Below, piece by piece: positions 33,007-46,789 of a stretch of 64,000 bases of DNA. The stretch is from Chrysomallon squamiferum (Eukaryota; Animalia; Mollusca). The notes under the pieces are model-generated. The model did no database searches. It worked only from the letters and a program-made list of their open reading frames with translations, and had not been told where the DNA came from. Location: assembly GCA_012295275.1 (NCBI GenBank), contig CM022676.1, forward strand, positions 16,306,001 through 16,370,000, in the 5' to 3' direction. The translations under genes and the position numbers were made by a program. The number at the start of each line of letters is the position of its first letter. Within the stretch, counting starts at the first letter, position 1.

Positions 33007-34362
33007 TTAAATTACAATAAAATACAAAATACCTTCAAGTTTCAAAATGTCCGTCTGCGTCAGAAAGTACGTCCTTGCTTGGCGACTGTTCCAATACGAT
33101 TTACCTGTTGTGGATTCTCCAATCAAGCAGAAACAGGAACGTTCAGTATCACATTTTCGAAGAATGGATACTATTTTCCGTGTAAATTTGATACCATCAA
33201 TTTGATCGTCACTAAACCAATATAGAAAATCTATCATGCTATCTTCAGGTTCAGCCAAATCTAAATCATTTGGAGGTTCCCATGTTCTCAAATAGTCAAT
33301 AATGGACACTTTCGGATCTACTTTAGAATTCACAATTTCAAGTTGTAACTTCAAAACTCTGTGAAATGAAATCTGACTCATGATAAAAGTGAACCAACCA
33401 AGTGGTTGATTTTCTCCAGGTATTGTACACATTTTATTTGCTTCTTGTTTGTAATTTCTAACCCAAGTAATTAATTGTTCTCTGGTTGTTGCCACACTAA
33501 CAACTAATAATCTACTAGCTATTTCTGTCATTTTCATGCCTTTAGAACTTACTTTTAATTTGTTAGCAGTCTCTCGTTCGGCAGCTTACACGGCTCTTCT
33601 CTTCTCTGGTGATAGCGTTGATCACTTGTTCTGCAGATCGAGCTGTCGATTTTCGTTCAGAGGATATTCCTTGATGCATCTACAATAATTTCATCCTCTG
33701 AGAAAGGTTCTGGTGTTTTTTCTCGGTGTTGTTGTTGAATCGCTTCATGCTCTAGTTTCAACGTGATGTACTGGGCAAGAATATCCGATGCAGTTGTCTC
33801 AGGTTTTCGTCGACCAGACTGAAAGTTCTTCCTCCATTTACTCCATTCGTCTTTTTCTTCTAAATCTTTTTATCGTTCTTCTGGTGGTAGTATATTTTCT
33901 AGAGTTTGTTCTAGCGTAATCACAGGTGCTTTAGACAAAGCCACACCATATTCAACCGGAAGAGCTAAATCGTAAGATCCCATAAACATGTACTGATCGT
34001 TTCGTTGTAGATAACGAAGGAGACCAGGAATAGAGCAGACTTTGGCAGAGGTAACGCTCAGACCAACTTTCTCAGCAAACTTCTTCATACCACGATACTG
34101 CTGGTCATTTCCGACAGATGCTTCGTTACCGGTCTTACTGCATACGATGTGCATGTGACGATTGTTTGATGGACAGTCGTTTGACGTTTCTTCACGTTGA
34201 TGAATTTACCAGCAGTGTTTTCCTCGGTCCACTTTCAAATACAGCAGGTGCATTCTTTGGAGGTGCAGATACCAAAAACAGCTTCAGTCGACTGATGAAA
34301 TCTTTAGTAGCCAAAACTGGGATTTTACTCACATCTTGAGGTAAGCCGTTCCATTTAATGCA
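33007..34362 (-). pseudogene. NS1: Endogenous parvovirus/densovirus-like NS1 (Rep), copy A
   Basis: HUH motif RHMHIVC (~34149-34157), LLRYL catalytic-Tyr-like motif, and SF3 Walker A CFCLIGESTTGKSYW (~33096-33121); stops and frameshifts; Walker B absent. Confidence 0.85.
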
Positions 34363-34367
34363 TGGAC

Positions 34368-34675
34368 TACTACTACTCCTACTACTACTGTTATTACTAC
34401 TATTACTATTTCTACTACAAATACAACTACTACTACTCCTAATACTACCATCACTACTATTACTACTACTACCACTACTGCATCTACTACTGCTACTACT
34501 ACTATTACTATTATTACTAGCCCTAGTCTTTCCAGTAATACTAATACTACTACCACTGTTAATAGTGCTGCAGCTACTGCTACTACTACTATTACCTATC
34601 GTACTAGTACTACCACTATGACTACTACTATTACCTATCGTACTAGTACTACCACTATGACTACTACTATTACAA
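34368..34675. repeat. (TAC)n-derived degenerate repeat (inverted paralogue 50100-50345)
   Basis: Directly visible; produces the poly-L/V/S ORFs. Confidence 0.9.
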
Positions 34676-35202
34676 CTGTATCGCTTTTAGATTTGTCATC
34701 TCGGTTTTGTTTTATATTTAAATGAAAAACACAAATTATATGGAGAAAGAGTTCTTCTCTTTATAGTCTAGATTTCTTGAAGAACACATGACTATTGAAA
34801 ATTTAAAGCAAATAGTTTGAAAACAGAAACAAAATAGAAGAAATATTAATTGTGTAAATGTCATACGGAAGCTTATTATTTAGATCTGATATACTTCTGA
34901 CTTTTCAATGAATAAATCCTCGAGCACACTGACAGATATACATACATACATGCATACATACATACATACATACATATACATAAACACACACACATATATA
35001 TATATATTCAAGCATAAATACTTACCTAGATAAAACCCACTCACATAAAAACACACTCGTACACACAAATTAGCAGACGACACATACTTGCCATTGGCAG
35101 GTTTTGAGAAAAAATTAGATGCACACGAAAATTTCGACATGCAAAAAACAGTATCCTTCGTGTGAAGCGATGATTACCCTCGGTTACTGAGCAACCTTTT
35201 CA

Positions 35203-35290
35203 AGCTTGGCTTGATGGCTCAACGATAGCGTTGTCTCCCTTCGGAGTGCGGGCGAACGAGAGCCATACGTTCGAGTCTCGACAGCGGCAT
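35203..35290 (+). mobile_element. tRNA-like head (possible SINE or tRNA pseudogene); inverted copy at ~49436-49522
   Basis: A-box-like TGGCTCAACGATAG, a CTTCGGA loop-like segment, and B-box-like GTTCGAGTCT. Confidence 0.35.
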
Positions 35291-35678
35291 CTGAGGAGGT
35301 TGGACAAATCATGATTGGACTTTGTCCACCTGTGATAGCGCCTCCCTGAATATTGTCTACAGGCTAAGTAGACGTACATAAGAATAGTCAGTGCTAAATT
35401 ATACACATAAAAACACAAGCATAGACATACGCACAAAGAAACGTGCATGCAATTACGAGGCTATATTTAAAAGTGGAGTATCCAGATCTCCGCCTTGTGT
35501 TTAACACTATCCGTCATAGTTTATTATTATTATTATTATTTTCTAAACCAACCTTCTATAAGTATAAAGGGCAAGAGCAGTATTGCATATTGGTGTATAC
35601 TACATATAGTTTATTCTACTCCATCAGTTTATTATCATAGAACACGGCCTTACAGAGTAATTTTTTTAATAAATCAGG

Positions 35679-35712
<34 letters not shown>

Positions 35713-35746
35713 CAATAATAATAATAATAAATATAATGACAGTAAT

Positions 35747-35946
35747 NNNNNNNNNNNNNNNNNNNNNNNNNNNNNNNNNNNNNNNNNNNNNNNNNNNNNN
35801 NNNNNNNNNNNNNNNNNNNNNNNNNNNNNNNNNNNNNNNNNNNNNNNNNNNNNNNNNNNNNNNNNNNNNNNNNNNNNNNNNNNNNNNNNNNNNNNNNNNN
35901 NNNNNNNNNNNNNNNNNNNNNNNNNNNNNNNNNNNNNNNNNNNNNN
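35747..35946. other. Assembly gap (200 N)
   Basis: Run of N. Confidence 0.99.
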
Positions 35947-36322
35947 CATTCATGAGATCATCAATAATAGCAATTTTTTAATAAGAACAACAACGACAAT
36001 ACTACTACTACTACTACTACTACTACTGCTAATAACAATGTACTATAAAAATGAATAAAATACAGAAAAAGGTAATCAGATAAATATGATTATTTGAAAG
36101 TTATGTTAATTTTCTTCTTCACTTATTAAAATACAGTACTGCAAACCATTTATCGACACAACGTTGAAGGACATTCCATATTAAAATTTTCTGAAGCATA
36201 TTCATAGCAAATTGAAACCGTGAACAGAGACTCAGGTCATACATTTCAGAAAAAATATATTTCTAATCATTGCCATCAGGTTTTGCTTTCTCTACCGTGA
36301 AAGTCGTAATAATAATGATAAT

Positions 36323-36388
<66 letters not shown>

Positions 36389-38864
36389 ACAGATATATAC
36401 ATACATACACACACAATAACACAGAACAGCCTGTATTACTCTAACATACAGTAACAAGTCTGATCCTCGTAAATAAAAAACCCTAGTATGTTTTTGTGAG
36501 TATCGTGTATCAGTGACACACTATTTTTATCTGACCTACATAAGAAACAAACACAGTCAATTTAATATGCTGGCCACGCTAGTTTCAGCACCGAACGAAA
36601 ATAAGTATACAAAAATATTTGGAAAAAAGAACATTTTAAAATTATCTCTAGGTTAGCTGTAATGTTTTAACAGAGCGATCTTGCGTAACAAGAAAACAAC
36701 TATGTCAAATTAAATAAAATTATGTAATAATGTGTAACCTTCAATATTATCTTACGTTCATTTTAAAAAACACACCTATGATTTCCAAAGTTTGTTTGTC
36801 TGATGTACATACGTGAAAATACACACTCATTGTCTGATCTGTGTTAATACAGATGTTGGTAAAGCTGTTCTGTGGGATAATTCCAAACACAAATCTTAAT
36901 TTCTATGATTTACTTTGTGTGATGAAAATATAAATGTGTTGATGTCTGATGATTGTTTACAACTTAATCAGTTCAGATGATAATGCATTAAATCGCCAAG
37001 ATTATGGGATGTAATGTGGAACAACATAAAGAAAAGATATGTTTGTATATATGTGTATATACATATATATATATGTGTGTGTCTTTGTCTATATATATGT
37101 TATTATTATTATAGCAATAATAAAATAACTAGTCTAGGTACTTCACAGAATCATAATCCTTTAAACTGTTATTATTGTTATTTTTTTCAAATCAATAAAT
37201 TTTGATGAAGTAATTTTACATCTGCAGCCAGAATCACAACAACAATTATAATAACAAAAAAAAAGAAAACAGTAATATTGACACGTCATATAATTATAAT
37301 CTCTTAAAGCTGTTTCATTATCGCTGAACTCTTTCCAAACGAGAATGCGTGTTTGAAGTATTTTTGTTTTCCAGTGTAATAATCTCGTTAACAAAAAAAT
37401 CGTCTGCTCGTGAAAACGAAACTGAAGTAATTTATCTTACAAGTCACGGTTCTTGGGTTCACAAGTGACACTTTACAGAGGTTAAAGTCAGATAAAAAGT
37501 ATTAAGAAGCCGTGCTACTTGTTACGGGTAAATAAACACACTGATACTGCTTATTTGTATGAGCTATGTTGTATTTTGTAACTGTTTAAATTTTCTTTTA
37601 TTCTGTGGCAGAGTAATTTAATATGTTCAATTATAAATCAGTAATAAAAATACAACTACAGGACCAGATGATTATAATCTAAAAAATAAAGAACCAAGAA
37701 GAGTTCAACGGGTAAAAAAATATGGCTGAAGTCCATTTCATGACAAACTCAGCCCCCACAAAAAATAAATATATTTATAACTTCAGAATCTTAGTTTCTA
37801 GCCGTATTACAGCCTCGTGCATTTCTGTAATATTTAATCTTTAAATATTGCCAGCATTTTCATTTTAATTAGTTTTATATGTTATATAACCATGTCCTGT
37901 CTTGCGTCAAAAACATCATGAAAGTATGTTGTGCTCTTATTAAATGATTCATATAATTATGAGTGGATTTTTCGTTCTAGGTAGATGGTAAGAATAACTA
38001 CGAAAGGGTGAGAAATGTATCTAGAAATTCCTCTTTTTTTTTTTGAAAACACAGTGGCACCTGTTTTCTGTGAAGGTGATGTTCTTCATGTCTGTGTTGT
38101 CCTATCAGTGGTAAAGCGCTCGTTACACTTTGATAGCTACTAATAGAAATAATGGAGGTATTATGTTACTACGGGATTCGTGTTTCAACATCCTTTTTGT
38201 AACACTCTGTAAGTAAAGAAATATGTTTACACGTACAGACAAACACACATAAACATACACACGTAGACATAAATATACATAGACACATAAACAGAAATGT
38301 GCCCACACACATCTGAAAAGATGTAGACACACACATATACACACAAAAGAGTTCACACGTATGACAGTCACTTAGAATAGTCTGTCAAGCTCTAATCTAG
38401 TAAAACAGTAGGCGCTGTGTAAGATGTAATAATAACAGTGGGTGTACTTTAGTGTATGTCGTGTATCAGTGACACACTATTTTTATCTCACCTACATAAA
38501 AAACAGACACGTTGCAGATTTAATTTGATACGCTGGCGAGATTCGTCAAAAAAGCTGTGACCAGTATACTGAAATATTCGAGAATGGGGCAAAACAGCTT
38601 TTTAAAATTATTTTAAAATCAAGTGTAATTTGTTAAGCGCGTGATCTTGTATAACAGGAAGACAAATTTGTAAATAAATTAAATTATTCTATAATTATAT
38701 ATAACTTTTAATATTATCTTATTTACATCAACTCTCTTTTTTTTGGGGGGGTATTTATTTATTTTTATTTTTTTTAATTTTAATTAAAATTCTCACCATT
38801 TTAAAGTTTGTTTACGTGTTCTATATACCTTGAAAGATAAATCACTAACAAGAGAGAGAGAGAG

Positions 38865-38970
<106 letters not shown>

Positions 38971-39090
38971 TGGGAGAGAAAACAGAACGAGAGAGAGACA
39001 GAGAGAGATAGAGAGAGAGAAAGAAATAGAGAGAGAAAAAGGAGAGAGAGAGAGAGAAAGAGATACATAGAGAGAGAGAGAGAGAGAGAG

Positions 39091-39198
<108 letters not shown>

Positions 39199-39449
39199 AC
39201 TAAAACAACGAGTATCAAAGGATAAAAATAAAAATAGCTGTGGTCGTATTCTCCTTAATTTCTATGGATACAATAACAAATTTATTGTGACTACAAGAGT
39301 AGATGAAGATAGATGTGTTATTAAATGTCGATAGGCCAAACTACATACACACATAAATCCAGAAAACACTGTAATTCATACACCTAAGCTCTGAGGAAGT
39401 CCCAGGCAAATGGTGTAATGATTAAAAGCAATATGATAACTTTAAAAAG

Positions 39450-40800
39450 AAGAAGCATTTATTAAATGAAATATCACAAAATTTACAAAATTGCATGTCT
39501 GCGGATGTTGATTCTGCATTTTATAATAATAGAGTCTCAGATATAAATGCAATATTTATAACTGCAGCTAAAGATACGTTTGGAAAGAAACACACCCATA
39601 TTACAATAACCTTGATGGTAATCAGGCTTGGTTTAACAAAGCGTTCAAAACTGCCGAAAGAGATAAGGGAAGAGAGACAAAGATATAAACAATTTCCTGG
39701 AGGTATACTGAAAGCTAACTTGAAGTACAAATAGAATGAGTTCAAATAAACGCTAAATAGATCAATTAGGGAACGTAAAATATCTGCTAAACTTACTTTG
39801 AAAATGCTAAAAACATCAAATACAATAGAGTACTTGTCAGTTCTTAACAGCAATAAACACTGACTTTCAGAAGCAGATGTGTGAACTGATATTTTTCACA
39901 ACCTTTAATTGTAACGTTGATGAAAACTGCACACGCAAACCAAGAAACCACTAATGATATTTTGAACAACACTTTTTCAGCCGACGAAATATCTAGAGCA
40001 GTGATAAACCAGCCGGAGAAGACTTTATTACTGATGGATATATTAATATATACTGCTAATATTATGTTACCTTTACATGTTCACCTTTACGTGTTCTATT
40101 GTTTAACGTTATTCTTCGAACATCAACTGTAACATCTAGTTGGTTGATGGGACTCTCTAAACCAGTATATAAGAATAAAAGTGCCAGAAGTTATTTAGAA
40201 ATCTATAGATCTCCTTCATTATCAATCTCTTTAGATACATTATTTGAATCTGTACTGAATTCTGAATTAGATAAGATTGCAGATACAACAAATCTGCGTT
40301 TACAAAATGAAGCGGTATTTCGTAAAAGTTATTCCATAACGCACCACTTATTATCTTTATAGTTTCTTGAATATTTTAATAAACAAATGTAAATCAATTA
40401 GAAATAATAATAACTAAATAAATACATAATAAAATGAAAAAAAATAATAAAAATAAAAGAGTATAGTTTGCTTTTGTAGATTTTGAGAAGGCTTTTGAAG
40501 TTGTGATAGTGTCAGCAGGACTGGATTACGGAATAAGTTAATTAGGTCTGATATAAACAGGAACTACTTTAATGTTTTAGTAAATATCAATTAAGATACT
40601 AATGCAAGAAATAGAGCGAACAGTTTTTTATCTGATTCTGAAATCGGTGTCAGGCAAAGAGACAATCTCTCATCATGCCTTAGAGCAGTTTCTCATAGAC
40701 AGGAGGACAATTAATTGCAACAAGGAAAAATGTAACGTTTAGTTTGAGCTTTTATTCTACTATAACCTGACATTACAGTACTGTTAGCAAAAAGACCTAA
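39450..40800 (+). mobile_element. LINE RT fragment, longer copy
   Basis: Same as 22720-23630 plus FVDFEKAF (RT subdomain 3) and GVRQRDNLS (subdomain 4, GVRQG.LS-like). Confidence 0.82.
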
Positions 40801-41396
40801 CGTATTTCTTTGTACAAAACATAAATGTCATACGCTGTTTCTACCAGAAACAAATTAATCAGAATTTTACTAGATATAGTTTAATTAGAATCTTACTAGG
40901 CATAGTTTAATAACAGTTTTACTAGACATGTATTATTCACAATTTTACTAAACAAAGACTAATTGGAATTTTACTGGACAAAATTTAATCATAATTAAAT
41001 AGCCACAGCTCTTTACAATTTACTAGACAGATTAATAACAGTTTCACTAGATGTAGTTCATTCTCAGTTTTAATGGACATAGATTAACTAGAATTTTACT
41101 AAACACAGTTAAGTCACAATTTCACAAGACATGGAGTAAGTAGAAATTTAGTAGACAGAGGTTAATCACAAATTTAATATACTATAGATTAATTAGAATA
41201 TGAAAAAAACATACTTTAATCACAATTTTACAGATTTATCGGAATTATATGCTGTAGAGTATCAGTTAATCGAAAGAAAAACAGTGTAATTTTAGAAAAG
41301 AAAATACTATTGTCTTCAAGTAAACATAATAACAGTAATAAACCACATTTAAAAAAAAAATGTCTAACTACGTTTTTGTACGAAAAGCAAAACATA

Positions 41397-41430
<34 letters not shown>

Positions 41431-41592
41431 CATTTAATTAGCTCTTTTGATTAAAGAAAATCAATAATAGTGAATAATTGTTATATAATTTCATTTCCTG
41501 CAAATAGATGGGTTTTTACGATGTTTAACCTATGTATGTCTGTACGTATATGTGTATTTGTAGGAATGAATGAAGGTACCTATCTACAACAC

Positions 41593-41693
<101 letters not shown>

Positions 41694-41794
41694 TGTATGT
41701 ACGTACCTATGTGTAAGTGTATATATATGTACAGTAAAAGTAATAAAATAAATTGTTACGAAGTTTTGAGTAAACACAGTTATAAAGAGATTTT

Positions 41795-43471
41795 TTAAGC
41801 TTTTTGTCCATTATCATCCACTCCAAATACTTCATACGGATGCTGTTCAGTTGACCCACTTCGTTCTACGTTGTTACCTACACAGAAATAATAAGACATG
41901 TATAATCATGTATGTTACGTTTCAGAAATAATCATTCATACATTAGTAGTTAAACGTAGAAGAAATAGTCAGATAAAACCGCATTCATAAACCATAGATA
42001 ATAAAATGTATATAGAATTAAAAAGAGAAAATATGAAAAGTGACAGAGTAGCATCATCATCACCGAAAAATATTAATTTACAAGTAATCTATTTTTAACA
42101 TAGAAAAATGCTAAATTTAATACTAGCATACCTGAAGAGATAATACAAATTAGTTCTACTAATTAATCATGTAATCAAAAATAACATTAGACGTTTTTAG
42201 CCCAATATATAAATGACAACATTTTATGTCATTACTATTTCATAATATTTCTTCAGTCTTCTATTTCAGGCCCCTTATTTACTTGTTCGTTTTTTAGTTC
42301 CTTGTGTACATTCCTCCTTTCTGTTCCTGATTGCCTTGCCAGGAGTCTTAATATATACTGAACCTTCAGAATTGAAAACTGTTTAGTAAAGTAAGGCGTA
42401 TTCAAATAGCTATTAAGAACATTTTGCACCTACCCGGTTCAGAATGAAGATTTTCGTATGTTGAAGACTGCGGTTCTGGATCAGTTCTGTGATTTTAAAC
42501 AGACAAAATGATAATAAAATTTACATACAGCCTTCTTAAAACTAACAGTCAAATGAATTATATATCTATCTATCTATCTATATCTATCTATCTATGTCTA
42601 TATCTATATCTATATATATATATATATATATATATAGGTAATTATATAAAAGGAAATCAACCCTGAAGTTAATTAAAAGAAATTACCGAAGAATGTAACT
42701 GTGGATTGTTGGATGATAACATACACAAAATAGACAGCATATATAGATATCATAAAGAAAGACATCGTACACAGACACACAAAATTACACTTGCTCTTTG
42801 CTAGAAAGATAGGAAAATTAATAGATACATTTGACAGTGATGTTTATAGATAATAGATTCAGGTACAAGTCCGATGAGTTATCGAAAGAGAAAACTAGGA
42901 TCTAGCTAGTGAGGAATCTCTTCGGTATCTCTCTTGAAGGAAACTCGGTGCTCAAACTTCGAGTTTGAAAGAAGCAAATATCATATCAGAAAGATTCCCT
43001 ACTAGTAGATCACCATTATATAATATGGTTATCACGGAATCTAGTGTAACACATTTTGGAACTGTCAGTCTTTTTCTAACATCGGAGAAAGTTGTATTAA
43101 TGAATCAGTACATTTAAGATACCTTGAAAACAGTGCAAAATTTCGTTACCACAACTGACCACGACGGCCTAGTGTTCCCTTGACCAGAGATATGTCATCT
43201 CACCCTTGATCGTCAACAAACCAGAGGTTAACACACAGAAATATTTCAGACATCAAAAATATATAAAAGATATAATATAATATATATATATATAGACATC
43301 AGAATATAAAAAAGAAAGTAAAAATAAAACAACAAATTAGAATTCTATTTTATTGCTAGTAAAATTCAAAAATGTAAAAATGTTTTCCACAAAAGCATAA
43401 TACGGAATATTTATCATAATATTTGTTATATTAAATAAAATAATCGGTAACAATGTCTGTTATTTTATAAC

Positions 43472-43525
<54 letters not shown>

Positions 43526-43883
43526 GATGAAAATGATAATGATAAAATTACATATAAATATTTTAATTTCTATTCTTTCAAAAAATATTTCTTTTTCTTT
43601 CAAATTGTATTACTGATACTCATTTCTCTCTCTCTCTATCTCTCTCTCTCAGACACACACACACACATGCATGTACATGAACACAGTCACATATACACAC
43701 AGAAGAAGATGCACTCAAATGCACGTTCGCACATTACAAATAACACAGCAAAGAAACAAAATGATGAACCTTTTTTCAGTCTACGACATATGAAAATAAT
43801 TCCATTAACAAGAATAGTTAAGACGAGAGTCCCTGATCCAGATCCAACAGCCACTGCTATCACATTTTCATTACATACCTCAT
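41795..43883 (-). pseudogene. FN3-TM receptor paralogue 2 (exons 43770-43883, 42434-42486, 41795-41877); FN3 exon and micro-exon deleted
   Basis: TM exon matches paralogue 1; last exon reads HPYEVF; loss of the 22-nt exon frameshifts the tail. Confidence 0.72.
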
Positions 43884-46789
43884 CTCAAAACACACTTGTT
43901 AAACTGAGTAAAGAAATACTATAAAAAGTATTAGAATTTGAAACGTGTACACTATAACAAAACATAGATTAAATGGGTACATATTATGCCACAGTAAATA
44001 CAGAAAAATAAAGCTTACAAAATATGATAGGAAAAAGGAAGGAACGAAAATAAAGGAACCAGAAAAGTGGTGCAAGGTTCAACATTTGTATGAGTCGCCT
44101 TATTTCGTCATGGTTAATGTCTGCAACCACATAATTAACAATACATCACTTTTGTACAGAGTTCCTATGTATGCTGTTCTCTGTGCGGTGGCTGGGGTTA
44201 AAAGGTTGATTCAATGTATTTTGTACAAGAATATCAAACATGTTTCCTTGTCATGTCTCACTGGAGGTTACGCGCAACAGTTCCTTGTTCGAGTTGGAGA
44301 CTGATGAATTATATATAACCAAATAGAGATTCAAAGAAAACCACAAAAAACAGTTTTTGATCGGACCCTTAAAAAGCCGACATCGAACCTTCTGATTCAC
44401 TATCGTCTAACAGTAAGAATCCGTGAACAAAATTTAATAATAATAAAAAAAAGCTACATGACTGCACCTTCCAAGATTCTTCCTTATCAGTTGTACAATC
44501 CAGAAGCGAAATATGTCAAATACTTTCTAAAAGCAAATGTTCTGTGTAATGTGAACATCACATTCTAAGCGAATTCTTCCCTTAATTCTACCAAACGAGT
44601 GATAATATCTCAAGATTTGGCTGAACTTGAAAATAAGGAAATCCTTGTAAATTTGTCTCCTTAAGATGTAACATCAGTGAAGAGATTTAACATTCGATAG
44701 AACAACGAACTCATTCCAATGAATACACTGATATCAGGTCAGTGTATCTCAGCTCTATTTTCCGAAGGTGGCTTTTGTCTTCTGTGGCCAGTTAAACGAT
44801 AAAAGCAAAGCATGCAAAAATGAAGCAAAGTAAATATAATAACGTGAATGTGCTACATGGAAAGTGGAGAAAAAAGGTTGAACTGAACCTCAGACATTTA
44901 ATTCTTCCAAGAAAAATATCACCGAGTTTTCTGGAGGAAGACATGGATTCAATATATTTGAACCTTCCAGAGAAAAAGAAAAGAAAATGAAAAACACAGA
45001 ACAAACCACTGCAAGTATGAAAAAAAACAAAAAAAAAACAACAACATGAACATCAAAAAAGAAAGAAAAATTGAAAGTAACACCCGTATTTTCCTCTAAT
45101 GAATAATTCAATCACTGAGTGGAATTGCTGTGGCAGGTTATCCCAACTTTCATGATTTGAGTCTTATAGTTGTTAAAAATAATCCTTTTACACTGTGTAA
45201 ACGGCTGCCAAGATAAAATAAAAAGGTGTTTCCAGTTAGATAAAAGTAAAAACCGTATACCGGTTTAGGCAAAAACAGAATAAGACCGTAATATTAATCT
45301 TGGAATATATGCTTTATATATATATATTGTTCAGAACAGATTAGTAGTAGGTGTAAGGGAAACTGAAATGTGCCGGTGTAGCAGTTAATTTGCTAGGAAA
45401 TGCCCCCTCCCCCCGTGGAATAGCACACTGCATAGCATCCCTGTTAATCCTATCTTCTGGCACACCACTGGCATAGACAGGTAAATCTCAGTCAGAAGGG
45501 AAACGTTTATATACAAACAGTTTCTGACTACTACAACAAGTGTTATCAGTGCTTTAATTAATTATTGTTTAAGAAGGAAGCTGGTCTGTAAATAATTTCA
45601 AATCAGACTGTCGCTCTTTGTATTTTTCAGTTGTGTATCACAAGTATGGAACTAGAGCTTTTTGTAGCTGCAGCTAAAACGAAAATCAGAAAAATCTCAA
45701 ACTTTGACGTTCCGGCGGCAAGAAATACTTTTTCTTTCTATTTAACAGACATACCCTACTTGAAACCGTTGTTAGACAGAAACATAATTAATTTTGGGAA
45801 AAAAATGTCTAACGTGAAATATATGTTGTTCATATCAAAACCACATATACAAGGAATGTTTATAGTGAGATGCAATTAATAACAGCATCACTACTGTTGT
45901 ATGTTGTATATTAGGAGGGGTTTGTTATTTACAGGACTTGTTATTTCCTGCTACACTAGTTTATACACAAATCTCGGTTAGTCCAAGGTTATTTTTCGCC
46001 GAGTGCACGGTGTGTTTGTGTGTGTGTGTGTGTCTCTGTGTGTATGTGTATGCATGTATGTATATTATTTGTGTTTGTACATACACGCACACATATTTAC
46101 ACAAACATATACATATACTATGACTCAATGTGTGCAGAAAAGTAACACAGAAATAAATAATTAAATAGCAAAAGTTAAATACATGATACATTTATTTCTA
46201 TATTTTTGTAATTCACCTGTTTACATTTTAAACACAAATTAAATACAAAAATAGACGAAGTGAACATTCATGATAAAAAGTAGTCATTTATTTTTCTGTT
46301 TTTCGTTTACTTCTATCTCATACATAAATAAATAAAGAAAGACTTGCTAGTCTTAGTAAAAAATTGATAAATAAATCAAACAAGAGTTCTTATTTTCATG
46401 TCTAACAACCAGGAAATACATACACAATGTATCTACATATTATGTTTCATATATAAAAAATAAAAAAAATAATAAATAGATAAACAAATAAAAAAAAAAA
46501 TGTAAATAGATAAAAAAAAAAAAAAAATGCATAAATATATGAATAAATACAAAAATAATGACAGTAAAATAATAAATAAGGAATGAGAAGTTTATATACA
46601 TCATGCTCTATTTTGCCAGAAATCCGTCCATTAGAAAACAAACATTTCAAATCAAGTGTTTATGACGTAATCACTGCTGTCTGACGTCATCAGAAATAAA
46701 AAACGTAAACAAACAAATAAAATCAATAAATCAATAAATAAATAAGCAAATAAATAAATAAATAAAAATATGATCCCAGTGATGACTAA

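Noticed and set aside
33007-34362. Helitron Rep/Hel interpretation
   Set aside because: The helicase motifs are SF3 (parvoviral B/B'), not PIF1/SF1.
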